DNA of 64,000 nucleotides from a virus (Duplodnaviria; Caudoviricetes): IMG/VR virus record IMGVR_UViG_2872355237_000003; one strand, 5' to 3'. Shown piece by piece: positions 1 to 9,953 of this stretch (position 1 is its first letter; each line of letters starts with the position of its first letter). The notes under the pieces were generated by a model. It saw only the letters and a program-made list of their open reading frames with translations, ran no database searches and was not told where the DNA came from. The position numbers and the translations under genes were made by a program.

Positions 1-672
1 ATGTTAAGAGGTATGGAAGCGTTAAAAGAAATTCAGAGAAGAATGGAAGTAAGAAGAGGAGATGTATGGATGGTTGAGATTCCACAAGAAGCTAAAGAGG
101 TTTTCGGAAGCAATATACAAACAGGTTTAAGACCATGTATAATAATTTCAGGTGAAGGTAATAACAAACATGCTAATATTGTAAATATTTTACCTATAAG
201 TAGTAAAATAAATAAAGTATACCCACAGCATACCGAAATTACTACATATGAGGATTTAAGAGATTGTGGATTAACTAAGAGAAGTATTGTTTTATCAGAA
301 CAAATGATGACAATAGATAAAAGTAAATTAATAGACAAATTAGGTAGAGCCAATGATAAATTAATGGAGAGAGTTGAAAAAGGACTAGAAGTTCAACAAG
401 GTAAAAATCTAAGATGTGTTAAGAGAGATAATGTAAGGAATTTTAATACAGAAAGATTCAGTTTTAAAAAAGCGTTTGATAAAATAGAAATGATAAATAA
501 GGCTAAAGATTTAGATGCTGAACTATACATGTATCTTTACGGTGAATTAAAAGAATACTGTGAAGATTATAATGTTAGATATTATGAAGTAATTAATAAA
601 TATAACAATATAAAAGATAGATTTAAATTTGATCCTACAATAATGAATAATATGGTTGCTATGGGGTATTAG
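1..672 (+). CDS. PemK/MazF-family endoribonuclease with ~90-aa C-terminal extension (5' end at window edge)
   Basis: PemK motifs RRGDVWMV, G-x-RPCIIIS, VNILPISSK, EQMMTIDKSKL..KLG. Confidence 0.85.
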   Translation: MLRGMEALKEIQRRMEVRRGDVWMVEIPQEAKEVFGSNIQTGLRPCIIISGEGNNKHANIVNILPISSKINKVYPQHTEITTYEDLRDCGLTKRSIVLSEQMMTIDKSKLIDKLGRANDKLMERVEKGLEVQQGKNLRCVKRDNVRNFNTERFSFKKAFDKIEMINKAKDLDAELYMYLYGELKEYCEDYNVRYYEVINKYNNIKDRFKFDPTIMNNMVAMGY

Positions 673-797
673 GTATAAGATGTAAAGTAGAACACAACGA
701 AAGAGGATAAATTTAATAAATGGGGGAAGCAAAAATGAGTGAAGTGGAGAAAAATATACACCCCTCGTATAGACAGAATATAATATTTTTGTATGAA

Positions 798-856
798 ATC
801 TAGGTAGTTATTCTAATTTAATATAGAATATGTTGGATTAGAATAACTACCTAGAT
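798..856. repeat. Perfect 20-bp inverted repeat, probable terminator or structured RNA
   Basis: ATCTAGGTAGTTATTCTAAT (798-817) / ATTAGAATAACTACCTAGAT (837-856). Confidence 0.8.
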
Positions 857-977
857 AAAAATTAGATGTAGGAAGTGAAGAAAGTGTAGAATTAAAGGCT
901 TATAATGTGTAAATTATTAATATAAAGTAGAATTAAAAAAATAATATAAAACTTTCATTTTAATTTCACTTAACATG

Positions 978-1006
978 TTTATTTTTTAATCTATTTGTGG
1001 TATAAT
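978..1006 (+). promoter_or_regulatory. SigA-type promoter with extended -10 for the DGQHR/recombinase-fold operon
   Basis: TTTATT-17 nt-TATAAT with TG at 998-999. Confidence 0.55.
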
Positions 1007-1122
1007 ATGTATAGAAAAGAAAAACAATATGAGGGTATAAAAGAAGTTACATATTCAAAATAAAAAATGAATTATATCTTAAAGGGATTAAAATAGATAA
1101 TATGTAATGGAGGAGAATAAAG

Positions 1123-2529
1123 ATGAAAATTAAAAGTAGAGATGAGTTAGGTAAAAACAAAAATGAAATAGATAAATTATTAGAACAAGAATTACCTAAA
1201 ATGTATGCATTATATCCTAAGATGGTATATGATGTAGCAGAACAATTAGAAGATAAAAATATAACTATAGGAACAATAAGTGGCTTATTTGGAGGAATTA
1301 CCCCAACGTATAAATTAGAAGAGGTAGATGAGTTAGGTAGTTTCTTAAAAGCGATTTATGAAGTTGGGACAAAATATTCTAAAAACAAAATATTAATCAT
1401 TCCTAATCTTGAAAAGTTAAATCCAGAAAACTTTTACACAGAAACAGAGATTAACTCAATTAATTTATATAAGAAAGAAGTATCTAAAGAAAATAACATA
1501 ATAAAATTATATGTAAGAAAAAATGCAGAAAATCATTATGTATGTCCATATATATCTATGGTAGAATATGTAGATTATTATAAAAGAGGATTAATAATAT
1601 ATAATCCTAATACACAAAGAGAAACGACTAAAAAAATGGTTAAAGGGCAAATCAATGAATTCATCACTATACATCAAGAAAATGTAAATAAAATTTATAA
1701 TGATTTAAAAAATGATAGATTTAATCCTAATATGCTAACTTTAAATATTAGAGATAATGAAGGAGACGATCCCCAGTTTGATGATGGTGGTATGAATGTT
1801 GGTGATTTTGGTTGGTTAAAAATCAAAGTTGATGGTAGACAACATTCTTACGTTGATTTACTAGATGGTCAGCACAGAACATCTGCTCAAGAAATATACG
1901 TAGAAGAATATCCTAATACAGATAAATATAATATGCTAAATGTCTTTGTGTTTAACGAAGAACAGGCTATACACCATATCATCCAAGAAAATTCAGGAAC
2001 TAAGATTGATGAAAATTCTTTACAAAGACGTGATCCTGATAATAAAGGTGTTGCTATGGCAAAAGAACTAAAAACATTAAGCAAAGAATTAAAGGGCAAA
2101 GTAGCTAATGATTTAATAGAACTAACTAAGCATTGTCAATACACTGATGTTTTAACACTTGGTTCTGCTATAAATAATTATTTTGATATAGATGGAAGAA
2201 AAGAATATAGAGAGATTAGAAGCTATTTAAGTAAATTCTTTGATGTGGCTATAGATTGTTATAAAGACTATTTTAATAAAAGCAATTTGCAACCTAAGGA
2301 ATTATTTTATAGAAAAAATACATTTATTGCATTTTGTGATATAGCTAAAAAGTTATATAAGTTTAAAGATTGGGAAGATAAAGCATTTGATATTTTCGAG
2401 AAATTAAGTATTGAAGAAATAGAAAGTGTTTCTGGAAATAAAAAAATATTGAAGCCAAATGATTATAAGATTATATCTAATAAATTACAAAAATCTTTAG
2501 CAGAAAGAGAGGTGGCTATAGATGGCTAA
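1123..2529 (+). CDS. DGQHR-domain (DndB/ParB-like) protein, possible YopQ/SroE-like regulator
   Basis: LLDGQHR motif, QRE motif upstream, GGAG RBS, overlaps the next gene. Confidence 0.75.
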   Translation: MKIKSRDELGKNKNEIDKLLEQELPKMYALYPKMVYDVAEQLEDKNITIGTISGLFGGITPTYKLEEVDELGSFLKAIYEVGTKYSKNKILIIPNLEKLNPENFYTETEINSINLYKKEVSKENNIIKLYVRKNAENHYVCPYISMVEYVDYYKRGLIIYNPNTQRETTKKMVKGQINEFITIHQENVNKIYNDLKNDRFNPNMLTLNIRDNEGDDPQFDDGGMNVGDFGWLKIKVDGRQHSYVDLLDGQHRTSAQEIYVEEYPNTDKYNMLNVFVFNEEQAIHHIIQENSGTKIDENSLQRRDPDNKGVAMAKELKTLSKELKGKVANDLIELTKHCQYTDVLTLGSAINNYFDIDGRKEYREIRSYLSKFFDVAIDCYKDYFNKSNLQPKELFYRKNTFIAFCDIAKKLYKFKDWEDKAFDIFEKLSIEEIESVSGNKKILKPNDYKIISNKLQKSLAEREVAIDG

Positions 2530-3619
2530 TGTAAAAGAATATAAAAGAAGATTCGTTGTTACAGAAGAAATGTACAATGAAGATGTAAAAAATCGATTCA
2601 TAGACTACTACTATGATAATGAACAGACTAAACTAAATATAAAAAGAACTTTCTATTTGACTAATTTTTATATGGAAAAAGATTTAGATAAGGATATCTA
2701 TAATTTTAATAAGTATGAAATAGAAAGTTTATTAAAGTCATTTAAGGCAACTTCAGAAGGAAGTTTAGCAGTAAGGCTCACTCATATTAAAAAGTATATT
2801 GATTTTTGTATTAGTATGGGTATTAGATCTAATGCAATAAATTTCTGCGACACTATTGCTAATTTGAAAGATTATGTAGTAAGAAATTTAGATAAATATA
2901 AATATATCACTAGAGAACAGCTATATAATATTTGTGACATTATGGAAAGTTCTCAGATAGCAGTAATCTTCATATTATTCTTTGAAGGTATAGTTGGGAA
3001 AGAAAAATGTGAAATGAGAAACTTAAAAGTTGAAGATGTAGATTTTGACAACAATAGTATTACAATACGTGCTTATGATGAAATTAATCCACGTACAGGT
3101 GAAATCATTCATAAGCCTGAGAGAATATTAACTAATGTACATCCAAGAACTATGGAATATATAAAAGATGCTATTGAAGAAACTGTGATGATTATGCCAG
3201 AAAGTAAGTTGTTTACTGATCCAAAAAAAGATATGGCTATTAAAACAGGCAAGATTGGTAAAAATCCTGCGCCTCATTATGTAGTACAAAATGACTATGT
3301 AGTAAGAAAATCTTCACGTAAATTAAAGAATATTAATGAAGAAGAGGAAAATACACCTGTTTCAGTATCTACAATTACAAATAGAATTTATTATGCTACA
3401 GACTATTTTGAAGGCGATGAAAATTTATATTTTGTTAAAAAATTAAACACAACAACACTAGAACAAAGTGGAATGATAGAACAATTAGAAAAAATAGAAG
3501 CTAAAAAAGGTAAACTCGTTGTACAAGATTTTAAGGACGTAATAGCATCTCGTAATAAGAGAACATATCACTCATTAAAAAGATTGTGGGATTCTATTAA
3601 AAAAGAAAAATCTGAATAA
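2522..3619 (+). CDS. Tyrosine-recombinase-fold protein, apparently catalytically dead; possible YopR/MrpR/SroF-like repressor
   Basis: Box I-like LFFEGIVGKEKCEMRNLKVEDVDF lacks the catalytic Arg; NTTTLEQSG replaces HxxRH. Confidence 0.7.
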   Translation: MANVKEYKRRFVVTEEMYNEDVKNRFIDYYYDNEQTKLNIKRTFYLTNFYMEKDLDKDIYNFNKYEIESLLKSFKATSEGSLAVRLTHIKKYIDFCISMGIRSNAINFCDTIANLKDYVVRNLDKYKYITREQLYNICDIMESSQIAVIFILFFEGIVGKEKCEMRNLKVEDVDFDNNSITIRAYDEINPRTGEIIHKPERILTNVHPRTMEYIKDAIEETVMIMPESKLFTDPKKDMAIKTGKIGKNPAPHYVVQNDYVVRKSSRKLKNINEEEENTPVSVSTITNRIYYATDYFEGDENLYFVKKLNTTTLEQSGMIEQLEKIEAKKGKLVVQDFKDVIASRNKRTYHSLKRLWDSIKKEKSE

Positions 3620-3621
3620 TA

Positions 3622-3660
3622 AATATGGGTTAAAGGCAACAAAGCTGTTTAACCCATATT
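3622..3660 (+). terminator. Hairpin terminator
   Basis: AATATGGGTTAAA / TTTAACCCATATT right after the stop. Confidence 0.7.
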
Positions 3661-3705
3661 AAAAGCCAACCATTGAAAATAAATTAAAATATTGGAGGTT
3701 TTAGC

Positions 3706-4089
3706 ATGGGAAAAATATTAAGCAAAGAATTAATAATAAATGGAGTTAAAGAAAGAGAAATAGAATTCGAAATAATGAATAATAAATTGAATGGTACAAG
3801 TACGACATTATCTGATTATAGGAATATGGTGTTAAGAAAGAGAAAACTAGAAAATGAATTACAGTTAAGAGAATTTGAAGAAAATTTTAATAATAAAGAT
3901 ATGGACAAATTAAAATCAAATTTTGAGAGATTGGATTTAATACATAAAACAAATTTAACTGTAAATAGAATACTACATATAATGCAACTCAACAATTGGA
4001 CAATCAAGGATATTTACAAAGAATATGAAAAGGGTTATACACGTAATGTTTTAGCATTATTATCAAAGCCTAATAAAAATGTTTGTTAA
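3706..4089 (+). CDS. Hypothetical protein
   Basis: GGAGG RBS, 127-aa ORF. Confidence 0.7.
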   Translation: MGKILSKELIINGVKEREIEFEIMNNKLNGTSTTLSDYRNMVLRKRKLENELQLREFEENFNNKDMDKLKSNFERLDLIHKTNLTVNRILHIMQLNNWTIKDIYKEYEKGYTRNVLALLSKPNKNVC

Positions 4090-4146
4090 CTGCGCTAAGA
4101 TATTATATAATTATATAAATAAATTAAATTAAGAAAGGGTGTCAAT

Positions 4147-6099
4147 ATGAAAAATCAAATTCAAAGAGTAAAAAAGTTAATAAAAGAATTGAATGACGCT
4201 AGTAATAAATATTATAACAGCGATAAAACTGTAATGACAGATAAAGAATGGGACGATAAATTTGATGAATTAAAACAATTAGAACAAGAAACTGGAGTAG
4301 TATTCAGTAATTCTCCTACTCAAAAAGTAGGATATGAAGTAAAAAGTAAATTAGATAAAGTTGTACATAATATACCACTAAAATCACTAGAAAAAACCAA
4401 ATTTATAAATAACTTAGAGAAGTTCATAGGTGAAAAAACAATAATAATAATGGACAAGGGTGATGGGTTGACTTGTGAATTGATATATGAGAATGGCGAA
4501 TTAATCCAAGGAAGCACAAGGGGCAATGGGACTGTTGGAGAGGACATTACACATAATGTTAAGACATTTAAAAATATTCCTTTACAAATAGATTTTAAAG
4601 GGTATTTGAAATTATCTGGAGAGTCTGTAATACTGGATAGAGATTTTGAATCAATCAACTCAAAGTTAGATGAAGCAGATAAATATTCGAATTCAAGAAA
4701 TTTAGTTTCAGGAAGCGTTAGACAATTAGATTCTAAAATATGCAGTAATAGAAATGTTAGATTTTATGCGTTTAATTTATTAGAGTGTGAAAATGTTGAT
4801 TTTAAAACAAAAGAGGATCAGTTTAAATTCTTAAATCAATTAGGATTTGAAATTATAGAATATACTAAATACGATCAAAAACAAGATTTAGAAGGAATAA
4901 TATCAAATATGCAAAAGTCAGCCTATGAGAGAGGATTTCCTATTGACGGACTTGTATTTACTTATAATGATATAAAATATGCTAATTCATTAGGAGATAC
5001 TCTTCATCATCCATTACATAGTATAGCTTATAAATTTTATGATGAAGAGTATGAAACCAAATATATAACTACAGAATGGCAAGTATCACGTACAGGAATG
5101 ATTAATCCAGTTGCAAAATTTGAGCCTGTTGAAATCGAAGGAAGTGTGGTAGAACGTGCTACATTGCATAATTTAGATTATTTTCAAGATTTAAAACTAG
5201 GGCAAGGAGATACAATAAAGGTTATAAAAGCAAATCAGGTTATTCCAAAGGTTATGAGCAATAATACTATGAGTAATGCCGAAGTAATTCCAACAGAATG
5301 TCCTGTATGTGGAGGTAAAACAGAAGAAAAGTTATTGAAGACTGCAAGAGTATTAATATGTACCAATCTCGAATGTTCAGCTAAGCACATATCAAGAATT
5401 ACTCATTATTCTAGTAGAAATGCTATGAATATAGATGGCTTATCAGAAAAAACGATAGAAAAATTCGTAAATTTAGGATATTTAAAAGATATAGATAATA
5501 TATATGATCTTGAACAGTACAAAGAAGAAATTATTAATATAGACGGATTTGGTCTTAAATCTTATAACAACATGATAGAAGCAATTGAAAAATCTAAGCA
5601 CTGTAAATTAGAGAATTTTATATTTGCATTAGGTATACAAAATGTAGGATTAGGAGCTGCTAAGCTATTAGTTAAGAAATTTAAAAGTATAGATAAAATA
5701 ATGAATTGTAATTTAGAAGAAATATACAGTATTGATGGAGTAGGAGACGTAGTAGGAAACGAAATATATAAATATTTTATTATTAATCAAGATAGTATAA
5801 ATCTAGTTAATAAATTATTAAAATATATTCATTTTGAAGAAGCTAAGGAAAATAACAGTAATAAGTTGCAAGGAAAAACTTTTGTTATTACAGGTGACGT
5901 TCATATATTTAAAAATAGAAATGAAGTAAAAGCTAAAGTTGAAGAAATGGGTGGTAAGGTAACAGGATCAGTTTCAAAGAAAACAAACTACCTTATAAAT
6001 AATGATTCAGAGTCGGCTTCAAGTAAAAATAAAAAAGCCAAAGATTTAAATATTCCTATTATTACAGAAGAAGAATTTTTGGAAATGATACAACAATAA
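4147..6099 (+). CDS. ligA: NAD-dependent DNA ligase
   Basis: KGDG adenylation motif, TRGNGTVGEDIT, RATLHN, CPVCG zinc finger, C-terminal BRCT (GSVSKKTNYL). Confidence 0.97.
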   Translation: MKNQIQRVKKLIKELNDASNKYYNSDKTVMTDKEWDDKFDELKQLEQETGVVFSNSPTQKVGYEVKSKLDKVVHNIPLKSLEKTKFINNLEKFIGEKTIIIMDKGDGLTCELIYENGELIQGSTRGNGTVGEDITHNVKTFKNIPLQIDFKGYLKLSGESVILDRDFESINSKLDEADKYSNSRNLVSGSVRQLDSKICSNRNVRFYAFNLLECENVDFKTKEDQFKFLNQLGFEIIEYTKYDQKQDLEGIISNMQKSAYERGFPIDGLVFTYNDIKYANSLGDTLHHPLHSIAYKFYDEEYETKYITTEWQVSRTGMINPVAKFEPVEIEGSVVERATLHNLDYFQDLKLGQGDTIKVIKANQVIPKVMSNNTMSNAEVIPTECPVCGGKTEEKLLKTARVLICTNLECSAKHISRITHYSSRNAMNIDGLSEKTIEKFVNLGYLKDIDNIYDLEQYKEEIINIDGFGLKSYNNMIEAIEKSKHCKLENFIFALGIQNVGLGAAKLLVKKFKSIDKIMNCNLEEIYSIDGVGDVVGNEIYKYFIINQDSINLVNKLLKYIHFEEAKENNSNKLQGKTFVITGDVHIFKNRNEVKAKVEEMGGKVTGSVSKKTNYLINNDSESASSKNKKAKDLNIPIITEEEFLEMIQQ

Positions 6100-6101
6100 G
6101 T

Positions 6102-6132
6102 TATAGGGGAATATTAATATTTCCCCCTATAA
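6102..6132 (+). terminator. Hairpin terminator after ligA
   Basis: TATAGGGGAA...TTCCCCCTATA. Confidence 0.6.
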
Positions 6133-6185
6133 TTAAAATTCAAGTTTTATGTAAGTATTAAATTAAAAAATATGGAGGATTAGCT

Positions 6186-6596
6186 ATGATAGGATTAAAT
6201 TATTTAGATAATTTTAAGTGGAAGATAAAATGTAAATTAGCAAGAGAATTAAATTATAGAGGAGAATCAAAATACAATAAAAAAGAAACTTGGTACAATT
6301 TGAGATATGGGGTTTATAAATATTATATATATAATGTTAAAGGAAATGAGAATTGTACATATAAAGAAGTTATGAAGAAATTAAGTAGTAATGCTTTATC
6401 AGGTGTTAAAATGCCTGATGATAGAGAAGGTGTGGAAGTCTATAGGTATGGCAATATGGCTATAAAAGTTAAGAATAATGAGATAGTATACATATGCAAT
6501 AATAAGGGGATCGGAAGTTTTGAGAGATATAAATTTAATGTTGATACTAAATATAGAGATTATTTGAGAAAACTATGGAGGATTGGTGATTTATAA
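6186..6596 (+). CDS. Hypothetical phage protein
   Basis: GGAGG RBS, 136 aa. Confidence 0.7.
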   Translation: MIGLNYLDNFKWKIKCKLARELNYRGESKYNKKETWYNLRYGVYKYYIYNVKGNENCTYKEVMKKLSSNALSGVKMPDDREGVEVYRYGNMAIKVKNNEIVYICNNKGIGSFERYKFNVDTKYRDYLRKLWRIGDL

Positions 6597-6610
6597 AATT
6601 AAATACAAAT

Positions 6611-6653
6611 TAATTAAAATATGTATTGAATAATATTTCGTATATGATATAAT
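6611..6653 (+). promoter_or_regulatory. SigA-type promoter with AATTAAAAT box
   Basis: TTGAAT (6626)-16 nt-TATAAT (6648), TG extension, box at 6612-6620. Confidence 0.6.
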
Positions 6654-6693
6654 GTATATATAGTTAAATATTACGTATAAGGGGGTAAGATAC

Positions 6694-7008
6694 ATGAATA
6701 TATCAGCAAGATTAACAAGAGGTAAACATTATAATAGTTATGGATATTACGATATAGAAGTTATAGCAAATACAGAAGATCAAGCAGAAAATATGTGTGA
6801 TGACATTATAAATAAGTTACAGGATCAATTAAGCTACTACAATACATCTTCTGTTGGTTGTCCTTGGACTAGGGAGAACGAAAAAAACAATAAGTGTGTT
6901 TATGGAGATAGTATTTCAATAGATTACGATAGAGGAAGTATGCAAGATACATATAAAGAAGTAATGAGAACGTGGAAAAATATAAAGAAGAAATTAGGAA
7001 TAAGATAG
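6694..7008 (+). CDS. Hypothetical protein
   Basis: AGGGGG RBS, 104 aa. Confidence 0.7.
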   Translation: MNISARLTRGKHYNSYGYYDIEVIANTEDQAENMCDDIINKLQDQLSYYNTSSVGCPWTRENEKNNKCVYGDSISIDYDRGSMQDTYKEVMRTWKNIKKKLGIR

Positions 7009-7057
7009 GTTAATCAGATTGTAAAATATAATTAAAATAAAAATAATTATAAAGGAG

Positions 7058-7423
7058 GTGGGAAAGGTGAAATTCCAAGATATTATAGATGATTCTAAAT
7101 TTGATTTCTTTGCAGATCTTTATGAAGGTAAATTTTCAAATCCTAAAGAAGAAATATTAAAAATACATCCACGAAAAATACTTATTGACGATATTTCTTT
7201 TGATTATTGGAAGATTAATTTTACATACAAAACAAATAGGGGAAATAAAAAATCAAAGGAAAAATTAATGATAGTTAAAAAAGACGAACACAAAGAAGAT
7301 GTTAAATTTAAATTTATTGACCATATAAATAATTGGAATAAACAACATCCAAGTAAATCATTATTAAACGTTCAGATTCTTAATATGTTTTACTTAGGAT
7401 CTAGTAAGTTATTAATAAATTAA
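7058..7423 (+). CDS. Hypothetical protein (start may be the second GTG)
   Basis: AAGGAGG RBS, ~120 aa. Confidence 0.65.
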   Translation: MGKVKFQDIIDDSKFDFFADLYEGKFSNPKEEILKIHPRKILIDDISFDYWKINFTYKTNRGNKKSKEKLMIVKKDEHKEDVKFKFIDHINNWNKQHPSKSLLNVQILNMFYLGSSKLLIN

Positions 7424-7660
7424 TATATAGAGTTTCACGACTTCTAATCCTCGTGCTGAGGTTGGTATAGTTAAGTTATATATTAGCCATATGTAATTTA
7501 ATGCAAAAAGGATAAGTGGGTTAAAACCGTAAAAAGTATACCCTAAGTTTTAAAACTTGACTAGACTGCTAATTCTATATAAATGGAATTGGAGTGTGTT
7601 TAGGAATATAGCTTTCCCTATTCAATCAATAGGCAATACAGATTGAATAGGAGAATGTAC

Positions 7661-9040
7661 GTGAAACCGATATTTAATGAAGAAAAAGTATTTTTACAAG
7701 AAATTTTAGGAGTTGAACTACCTAATAATTGTTGGAGAGATGGTAGTTCAATATATATAAATCCAAATAATAAACCTGCAATTTTAAGGTTTAAAGTAGA
7801 CGGAGAGAAAGTTAGTGTTGTAAAAAATAGAATAGTTAACTTTGATGAAAATAGCGTTACAATGGAAATTAAAAACAATAAATTTAAAATTATACACAAC
7901 AACACTTTAGATGAAGAGTACGAATTACATAAGGAGTATATACATCAATTAGAAGAAGAGAGTATTCACAATACTACCGAGTATATACTAAATCATCCCA
8001 ATGTGCCAATTAGAGTTGGTATAAGTGGAGGTAAAGATAGCGATGTCATGTATTATATACTTAGAAATTATGTTTTTCCTAAAGCTAAGGTATTAAGAAA
8101 TAATTATAGTATAGATGTATATAATACAACAAATGATACACCAGATACATATAGACATATATTACGGGATTTAAAGATAGAAATAAAAGATATACATACA
8201 CCAGAAAAAGGTTGGTATAAATGGCTCAAAGAAGATAAAAATTATTTCTTACCTTCGGTTACAGTGCGTAATTGTTGTTCTACATATAAAGAAGGAAGGG
8301 TTAAAAAAATATTAGATAAAAAACAAGAATATATTAGCTTTGTAGGTATGAGAAAATATGAGTCGACAAAACGTTCTAACTATGATTGGGATTTAAACGA
8401 AGCAATCAATAAGTCCAATAAAAATCTAAATGTACCTGACCATTGGCACAGATTTTTACCTATTGTAAATTGGAGAGATGAAGATATATGGTTATATATT
8501 ATACATAATAAAATCAAAATCAATCACATGTATTATTTAGGATTTAATCGCACAGGATGCCTTTTATGCCCCTATAGTAGTGATTATAATGATTTATTGA
8601 TTAAAAAATATTATCCATTCTTATGGACTCGATGGACTAAGATGTTAGAGAAAAATTATGAAGTGTGGGGAGTGGAAAGAAGGTTAAAATGGACTAAAGA
8701 AGAATGGATCAATGGAGGCAAGTGGAAGCAAGGAATGAGCAAAGAATATGAATTAACCAGATTAAAACCTACACCTGAAAGAGTACAAAAATTAGCTGAA
8801 ATAAAAGGTATATCAGAGGAGTTGGCTAGAAGATATTTTCAACATAAATGTAGTTGTGGTAAGCTCTTAAACCCTGACGAAATTGCAATGTTTTTAAAAA
8901 GAAATGGTAGTTTTCAAGGTACAGATGATAATAGACAATATTTATGTAAAAAATGTATGTGTTTAAAGGAAGGTTGGACAAGTGAAGAATACAAAAACCA
9001 AGTAATAAGATTTAGAGAACAAGGTTGTAATCTATTTTAG
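7661..9040 (+). CDS. PAPS reductase-family (DndC-like) protein with Cys-rich C-terminus
   Basis: SGGKDS PP-loop, RNCC, GMRKYES, RTGCLLCP, C-terminal CxC...CxxC; start placed at GTG after AGGAGA. Confidence 0.85.
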   Translation: MKPIFNEEKVFLQEILGVELPNNCWRDGSSIYINPNNKPAILRFKVDGEKVSVVKNRIVNFDENSVTMEIKNNKFKIIHNNTLDEEYELHKEYIHQLEEESIHNTTEYILNHPNVPIRVGISGGKDSDVMYYILRNYVFPKAKVLRNNYSIDVYNTTNDTPDTYRHILRDLKIEIKDIHTPEKGWYKWLKEDKNYFLPSVTVRNCCSTYKEGRVKKILDKKQEYISFVGMRKYESTKRSNYDWDLNEAINKSNKNLNVPDHWHRFLPIVNWRDEDIWLYIIHNKIKINHMYYLGFNRTGCLLCPYSSDYNDLLIKKYYPFLWTRWTKMLEKNYEVWGVERRLKWTKEEWINGGKWKQGMSKEYELTRLKPTPERVQKLAEIKGISEELARRYFQHKCSCGKLLNPDEIAMFLKRNGSFQGTDDNRQYLCKKCMCLKEGWTSEEYKNQVIRFREQGCNLF

Positions 9041-9106
9041 TATAAATACAAATTAATTAAAATAAAAGTATTGCAATTTTAAGCTAATAGGAATATAATA
9101 GTAATT

Positions 9107-9352
9107 GTGGGAGGAGAATATGATAGTAGAATCAAAAGAGATAGAAAAATTAATTGCTACATAAAGAAGTGGCAAGGTAACTGCCAAGCTTCAGCTTGTG
9201 CAGAGTATTCAGACAAAGTACAAATGAAGACTTGTAAAGAAATGCTAGAAGATAATCTTATAAGTGTGTCGAGTAATGAATATTTAGAAACTAGGATCAA
9301 TACTTATAGGGATGTAATATGGGATTTAAAAAGAATGATAGGAGAGTGTTAA
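9107..9352 (+). CDS. Hypothetical protein (start uncertain)
   Basis: ORF downstream of promoter at 9071. Confidence 0.5.
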   Translation: MGGEYDSRIKRDRKINCYIKKWQGNCQASACAEYSDKVQMKTCKEMLEDNLISVSSNEYLETRINTYRDVIWDLKRMIGEC

Positions 9353-9355
9353 TTT

Positions 9356-9592
9356 ATGTGTGGAAATTATAAGAATTATAGGGCTTTAGAAAAAATTAAA
9401 AATTATAGCGTAGTAGTAATTGATGGAAGAGACGACAATGGATTAGAACAGGTAAGGAATACGCATGGGTTTTTCGATATCAAACAACGATTAGTAATGA
9501 TTAGTCAAATATCACCTCAAGATAATCAATGTAAGTACATAGAAGCCAATGATGTAGTAAGAGGGTGGGAAGTGGTAGCAATACTAAGATAA
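9356..9592 (+). CDS. Hypothetical protein
   Basis: AGGAG RBS, 78 aa. Confidence 0.65.
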   Translation: MCGNYKNYRALEKIKNYSVVVIDGRDDNGLEQVRNTHGFFDIKQRLVMISQISPQDNQCKYIEANDVVRGWEVVAILR

Positions 9593-9691
9593 GAAGATGT
9601 TGGATTTAAAGGTGTGTTAAAAATAATGTATTTGTGGATTAAAAAACAATAAATCTATAACAGAGCAAATAAAAGGGAGTGAAATTAAAAT

Positions 9692-9880
9692 ATGACGCAT
9701 AAAACGGTGGATATGGTTTGTTCTATGGAAGGTGTTTTCCCTATAATATTAGAAGCTATAGATTCAGAAGATGTACAATTTGCTTTAGATAGAAGAGAAC
9801 ATTATGCAAAATGTTATGAAGATGTGCATATATTTGCAGGTATAGAAGTGGTAAAAAATTACAAGTTCGATAAAGAATAA
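9692..9880 (+). CDS. Hypothetical protein
   Basis: GGGAG RBS, 62 aa. Confidence 0.65.
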   Translation: MTHKTVDMVCSMEGVFPIILEAIDSEDVQFALDRREHYAKCYEDVHIFAGIEVVKNYKFDKE

Positions 9881-9953
9881 AGTTATAAAACATATCTTTT
9901 ATAGTGAATTAAATTGAATTAAAAATAAACCATAACAGAGAGAGGGAGTAAAT

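Noticed and set aside
2522..3619. Functional phage integrase
   Set aside because: Catalytic Arg and HxxR are missing and no att site was seen; a repressor reading fits better.
1123..9040. Complete Dnd phosphorothioation system
   Set aside because: Only DndB-like and DndC-like genes, not adjacent, with no dndA/D/E in the window.
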